From the IMG/VR virus record IMGVR_UViG_3300028587_000017, positions 1 to 39,327 of that record: a stretch of 39,327 bases of DNA; one strand, written 5' to 3'. Numbering within the stretch: position 1 is the first letter of the stretch; every line of letters starts with the position of its first letter. Origin of the DNA: a virus. Its lineage: Duplodnaviria; Caudoviricetes. This document shows positions 35,859 to 39,327 of the stretch, piece by piece. Below the pieces are notes generated by a model. The model did no database searches and was not told where the DNA came from. It worked only from the letters and a program-made list of their open reading frames with translations. The position numbers and the translations under genes were made by a program.

Positions 35859-36094
35859 CAGTCCTCCTGGCGAGCGAGACGGCGGTTCTCGTCCTCGATC
35901 TCACGGCGCCGGTCGTGGTGCGCCTCGACGGCGGCGGGCGAGCCGGGCATCCAGTCGTCGTCCTTCGCCTCCAGATACGCGAGCCGCGTCTGGGCGTCGT
36001 ACTCGTCGATGGTGCCCTCGCGCTGCAGGCGCTTGACGTCCTCGATCGCCTGCTCGCGTGGAGTGGGGAACTCTGTGACCTTCGCCTGGGGCAT
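35858..36094 (-). CDS. Hypothetical protein
   Basis: GAGGAG RBS, ATG 36094. Confidence 0.75.
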   Translation of the reverse strand: MPQAKVTEFPTPREQAIEDVKRLQREGTIDEYDAQTRLAYLEAKDDDWMPGSPAAVEAHHDRRREIEDENRRLARQED

Positions 36095-36131
36095 GGTTTC
36101 TCCTCGAAGTGGTCCTTGAAGCGTACGCCCG

Positions 36132-36734
36132 CTAGGACGAGACGGCGATCTCCAGCTCATCGACCGACGCCGACCAGTCCTCCAGGGTCTCCTGGATCTC
36201 GGCGAGGGCGCGCTTGGAGCAGCGGATCTCGATCATCACCTCGGCGGCGAGTTCCGGCGTCGGCGGCTCTGACGGCTCGGGGACGAGCGCGTCGCCCGAG
36301 GCGCGCATGACCATCTGCGCGATCTCCTCTTCCCCGAAGCCGAGCAGACGCACGTCGGCGCCCTGCTGCACATGCTCGGCGACCATCGCGGCGAGCTGGT
36401 CCGGCACCCAGTCGCCGTACTCCTGGTTGTCGCGCAGCATCCACTCGCGCCGCTCCGCGTCGGACGTGAAGTGATGGATGTAGGTCGGGACCTCGCTCCA
36501 TCCCATCTCGCTCGCGGCGCGCAGGCGCATGTTGCCGCAGATCACGACGCCGTACTCGTCGGCGATGATCGGGCGCGCCTCCAGCATGTCCGGCTGCGTG
36601 GCGATGGCGTACTTCAAGTCCTCCAGCTTCTCCGGGGCGATCCAGCGCGGGTTGTCATCCGACTCGCGCAGCAGGGCCACGGAGAAGTCGGTGCGCAGTC
36701 CCTCGTCGAACTTGATGGGCTCGGTGACGCTCAC
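36132..36734 (-). CDS. ParB/sulfiredoxin-like N-terminal domain protein
   Basis: DNPR.I....LEDLK..I, RPII.D...VICGNMRLRA...MG..EVP, LRDN...GDW. Confidence 0.88.
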   Translation of the reverse strand: MSVTEPIKFDEGLRTDFSVALLRESDDNPRWIAPEKLEDLKYAIATQPDMLEARPIIADEYGVVICGNMRLRAASEMGWSEVPTYIHHFTSDAERREWMLRDNQEYGDWVPDQLAAMVAEHVQQGADVRLLGFGEEEIAQMVMRASGDALVPEPSEPPTPELAAEVMIEIRCSKRALAEIQETLEDWSASVDELEIAVSS

Positions 36735-36928
36735 AGGCACTCCTTCGTCGGCAGCTCGTTGACGGCGCCGCACTCGTAGCACCCGATGCGGTCGGGGGCA
36801 AGGCGGTAGAGGTACTCCTGCGAGAGGACGGTGTGGCCGTGGCAGACGTCGCAGACAAGGGTCACGGTTCCCTCATTCCACAGCGCCAGCTGCACGCCAA
36901 ACGTGGGCTGTTCAACTGCAGTGGTCAT
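36731..36928 (-). CDS. Small Zn-ribbon protein, first gene of the late operon
   Basis: CDVC...CYECG; GTGA coupling to the ParB-like gene. Confidence 0.75.
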   Translation of the reverse strand: MTTAVEQPTFGVQLALWNEGTVTLVCDVCHGHTVLSQEYLYRLAPDRIGCYECGAVNELPTKECL

Positions 36929-36950
36929 GCTTGGAGTACAGCACAGCAGG

Positions 36951-36980
36951 TAGACAGAAAGGCTGTTAGGTCGTCATACT
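36951..36980 (+). promoter_or_regulatory. Putative rightward promoter in the divergent region
   Basis: TAGACA-N18-CATACT. Confidence 0.65.
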
Positions 36981-36986
36981 CCAGTT

Positions 36987-37125
36987 GCGAGCACTCGCGT
37001 CTGGATGTTGCCCAAACGTCCAGTCGCCGTGAGTAGCTTGTCGCTCCATCTCTCTCACCTCGGAGCGCGACGGATTGCTCGCCGGGACGCTTAGTCTCCT
37101 TGTCGTCCCGGCGAGTCCTCCCACA
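36987..37125 (+). ncRNA. Candidate structured RNA (sRNA or long 5' leader) with three hairpins
   Basis: Stems 37001-09/37015-23, 37029-47/37062-82 (several G-U pairs) and 37078-89/37104-15 (perfect 12 bp); two 14-nt C/U-rich loops. Confidence 0.6.
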
Positions 37126-37139
37126 GAACGGAGCCACTG

Positions 37140-37391
37140 ATGAGGCGCGTAGAACTCTCCACGAACGATCTCAACTTCCTTCGCGGACTGCTGCGGCGCA
37201 AGATGCGCGACCAGCGCAACGCTGCGTGGGCCTTGAAGCGCAAGATCGAGGCGGACGGCGGCATCTACGAGCCCGACCTTCAAGCCGAGTCGATGGACTA
37301 CGTGGAAGACATCTACAGGCGTCTCCACGGCGATCCGGAGGACATCGGGAATCTGCAACCGAGGCCCCCTGCCACAGATGAGCACCAATGA
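37140..37391 (+). CDS. Hypothetical protein
   Basis: GGAG RBS, ATG 37140. Confidence 0.75.
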   Translation: MRRVELSTNDLNFLRGLLRRKMRDQRNAAWALKRKIEADGGIYEPDLQAESMDYVEDIYRRLHGDPEDIGNLQPRPPATDEHQ

Positions 37392-37629
37392 CAAGGACTC
37401 CTTCTTCACGTGGGAAGCGTTCGATGAGGGAGGCACCAAGAGCTGGTACACGATCGGCATGGTCCACGAGTGGGACGACGAGGAGGACTTCGGCGTGCTG
37501 CCGCTGTTCTCCCGCACCCGCGAGAGCGTCCTGATGTTCCGGCCGATCGCCGAGTGGCACGCCGACCTGTCCGGCGAGCGCGTTCGCCTCGCCCGCTACA
37601 AGCTCGCGGACCACGACGACCTCCTGTGA
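37378..37629 (+). CDS. Hypothetical protein
   Basis: Good codon bias, coupled ends. Confidence 0.75.
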   Translation: MSTNDKDSFFTWEAFDEGGTKSWYTIGMVHEWDDEEDFGVLPLFSRTRESVLMFRPIAEWHADLSGERVRLARYKLADHDDLL

Positions 37630-37982
37630 TGGAGGTCCATCTGATCGAGGCGCTGCTGTTCGGCGGCGTCGGCTTCGCGCTGGGCGTGTACGCGGACTTC
37701 CGCGCTCGCAAGGAGGAGAAGGAGAAGCCGCCGGAGCCCGACCCCTACTACAAGGAGCCGGGACGCATCCCGCCCGGACCCGGCAAGCTCATCTGCGGCT
37801 GCGGCCATCACCTCTCGTATCACGACCGCGAGGGCGGGCGGTGTCGCCACAAGCGCCACTTCTTCGCCGCCGGGAGCGGGAAGATCCGCTACCTGGCGCG
37901 CTGCTCGTGCCAGCGCTACGTCGGCCCGGAGCCGATGCCCGATTTCTTGGCGCAGGAGATCGTGAAGGAGCTGGGGTCGTGA
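37629..37982 (+). CDS. Membrane-anchored Zn-finger protein
   Basis: N-terminal TM; CGCGHH...H......C...CSCQRYVGPEP. Confidence 0.8.
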   Translation: MEVHLIEALLFGGVGFALGVYADFRARKEEKEKPPEPDPYYKEPGRIPPGPGKLICGCGHHLSYHDREGGRCRHKRHFFAAGSGKIRYLARCSCQRYVGPEPMPDFLAQEIVKELGS

Positions 37983-38191
37983 GGCGATTTCTCGCGGTGC
38001 GCATCCTGCGCTTCGCCTACCTGGAGATGGACGCGCTCGCTCGACTCGCGGCGTTGATCGCGGGCTACGAACGGTCGTCGGAGCTGCATCTGGCGATCGC
38101 GAAGGTGCGCGCCGAGGAGGCGCAGGAAGAACTAGAGGCCATGCGGGAGTCCATCCGGGCGACCGAGGACAAAAGGAGACGACGTGGCTAG
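37979..38191 (+). CDS. Small coiled-coil protein
   Basis: AAGGAG RBS, GTGA overlap. Confidence 0.7.
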   Translation: MRRFLAVRILRFAYLEMDALARLAALIAGYERSSELHLAIAKVRAEEAQEELEAMRESIRATEDKRRRRG

Positions 38192-38336
38192 AGAGAGCTG
38201 CCCGAACGGGCGTCCCTACGCGACGAAGAAGGAGTGCGAGGACGACAACCCCGGCGCCGTCGCGAAGCGCTGCGACCGCTGCCGGGGGTTCCACCCGTCG
38301 CACAAGCGCACCAAGGGCGGAAGGCGGCGGCGATGA
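38184..38336 (+). CDS. 50-aa basic Cys/His protein (below the ORF-track cutoff)
   Basis: AAGGAG RBS, GTG 38184; MARESCPNGRPYATKKEC...CDRCRGFH...RRRR*; ATGA overlap with the next gene. Confidence 0.7.
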   Translation: MARESCPNGRPYATKKECEDDNPGAVAKRCDRCRGFHPSHKRTKGGRRRR

Positions 38337-38674
38337 GGGTCGATAGCGGGCTCCCGGAGGGCTTCCCCAGGCCGCGCATCCTGTCGGGCGTCGGCAAGGG
38401 CTGGTGGCCGATCGTCATGCGGGCGCACGGCCTGATGTTCGCGCTCGACCCCGACTACACGGTCGATCAGGTCAAGGAGAAGATGGGCACGCTGCGGTAC
38501 TACTACACCCCCGAGTCCGACGACGCGGAGACCGTCAATCGCATGCGCCGCATCGCGACCGAAGCAGAGCTGGCGTCGACGGTCACGTGCGAGGTCTGCG
38601 GCAAGCCGGGCGAGCTGGATCAGTCGAAGCGCTGGCTGCTCACGCTGTGCCCCGAGCACAAGGCCGAGCGATGA
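38333..38674 (+). CDS. Conserved phage protein of unknown function with Zn-ribbon
   Basis: GKGW, QVKEKMGTLRYY, CEVCGKPG, W..TLC..H pattern seen widely in phages. Confidence 0.85.
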   Translation: MRVDSGLPEGFPRPRILSGVGKGWWPIVMRAHGLMFALDPDYTVDQVKEKMGTLRYYYTPESDDAETVNRMRRIATEAELASTVTCEVCGKPGELDQSKRWLLTLCPEHKAER

Positions 38675-39078
38675 GCGGCGTACGCGGACTCGTCCGCTTC
38701 ACGTTGGGCGGCGCGATCGACGCGGGCCTGCTGCGCGGCTACGAGGTCGGGCAGACGGTGCGCGAGGAGCACATCCACTGGGTCGAGGACGCCATGCGCG
38801 AGCGCGCCACGAAGCTGCGCGACGAGCCGACGAAGGGCATGTCGGACGTGCCGCTCGACAACAAGGGCTCGGGGATCTCGCACGAGGTGATGGAAGCGAT
38901 CAAGCCCACGCTCGCCGAGGTCGTGCAGGAGCAGGACATGGGCGCGCACATCACGGTGATCGTCACCGGCGAGGACGGCCACGTGTCGCTCGCCTCGACT
39001 GAGGCGACCGCCGAGTTCCTCGAAGCGGCAATCATGGAGGCGCTGGGAGCGATCCGGCGCATCCGACGACTCACATGA
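38671..39078 (+). CDS. Hypothetical protein
   Basis: ATGA overlap, good codon bias. Confidence 0.75.
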   Translation: MSGVRGLVRFTLGGAIDAGLLRGYEVGQTVREEHIHWVEDAMRERATKLRDEPTKGMSDVPLDNKGSGISHEVMEAIKPTLAEVVQEQDMGAHITVIVTGEDGHVSLASTEATAEFLEAAIMEALGAIRRIRRLT

Positions 39079-39088
39079 GGGAGGTGAG

Positions 39089-39163
39089 ATGGTCGAGGTG
39101 ATTGTGCTCTCGGTCGGCGGCTACGTCGTCGGGCGCCTGCACGGCTGGTGGAAGAAGTCCTAG
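39089..39163 (+). CDS. 24-aa hydrophobic micro-protein
   Basis: GGAGGTG RBS; MVEVIVLSVGGYVVGRLHGWWKKS*. Confidence 0.55.
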   Translation: MVEVIVLSVGGYVVGRLHGWWKKS

Positions 39164-39304
39164 GTGCCTCTGCAGCGGGAACATGCGTTGTGGCGTTTCG
39201 TCTGGCGATGCCACTGGTGCGTGCGCAGCTTCCGTGATCGCGAGGCGATGCTCCAGCACATCAAGGTCAAGCACCCGGAGCACTTCCCGGGATGGTGGCG
39301 ATGA
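39164..39304 (+). CDS. Single C2H2 zinc-finger micro-protein
   Basis: WRCHWCVRSFRDREAMLQHIKVKH = C-x2-C-x3-F-x5-M-x2-H-x4-H; abuts the previous stop, ATGA overlap with the next ORF. Confidence 0.7.
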   Translation: MPLQREHALWRFVWRCHWCVRSFRDREAMLQHIKVKHPEHFPGWWR

Positions 39305-39327
39305 GCGTCCCCGACACCAGTCTCGAC

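Larger units (their letters stand above)
1..39327. mobile_element. Tailed bacteriophage (or prophage) genome segment, siphovirus-like
   Basis: Complete head-neck-tail-lysis gene order on the - strand; small tightly coupled early genes on the + strand; no host housekeeping genes. Confidence 0.97.

Noticed and set aside
36132-36734. ParABS plasmid-prophage partition system
   Set aside because: Only the ParB N-terminal domain is present, with no ParA or parS array; the context is the modification/terminase cluster
36987-37125. tRNA or hammerhead ribozyme interpretation of the structured RNA
   Set aside because: No T-loop GTTCRA or cloverleaf, and no CUGAUGA/GAAA core
39301-39327. Possibility that the window is a complete circular genome
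   Set aside because: The terminal ORF (ATG 39301) does not join in frame with the well-coded partial ORF at 3-176, and no terminal repeat was seen

Overview
The whole window reads as part of a high-GC tailed dsDNA phage genome. It is siphovirus-like (long tape measure, tail tube, no sheath gene). The host is probably actinobacterial, inferred from an mIHF-type IHF homologue; Thermoleophilia is a guess. There are three blocks. (1) + strand early/middle genes, 1-9968: AAA+ ATPase, HTH proteins, an SSB-like protein, an mIHF homologue, a RusA-like resolvase, a replisome-organiser-like protein and a stand-alone Zn-finger/DnaA domain I protein. (2) A - strand late operon, 36928 down to 9849: ParB-like, Mom-like DNA modifier, TerS, TerL, PBSX-type portal/protease/capsid, LamG fibre, neck, tail with a -1 frameshifted chaperone, tape measure, tail tip with a P-domain, and a two-endolysin lysis cassette. 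(3) + strand small genes from 37140 to the end, preceded by a divergent promoter region holding a three-hairpin RNA with anti-Shine-Dalgarno loops. No integrase, clear repressor, DNA polymerase, helicase, tRNA or CRISPR array was seen, and the window ends do not join in frame. The most interesting candidates are a host-replication-hijack kit (DnaA domain I + mIHF + initiator N-terminal domain) and a putative phage sRNA whose loops are complementary to several of the phage's own ribosome-binding sites. All calls come from motif recognition by eye; no database searches were run.
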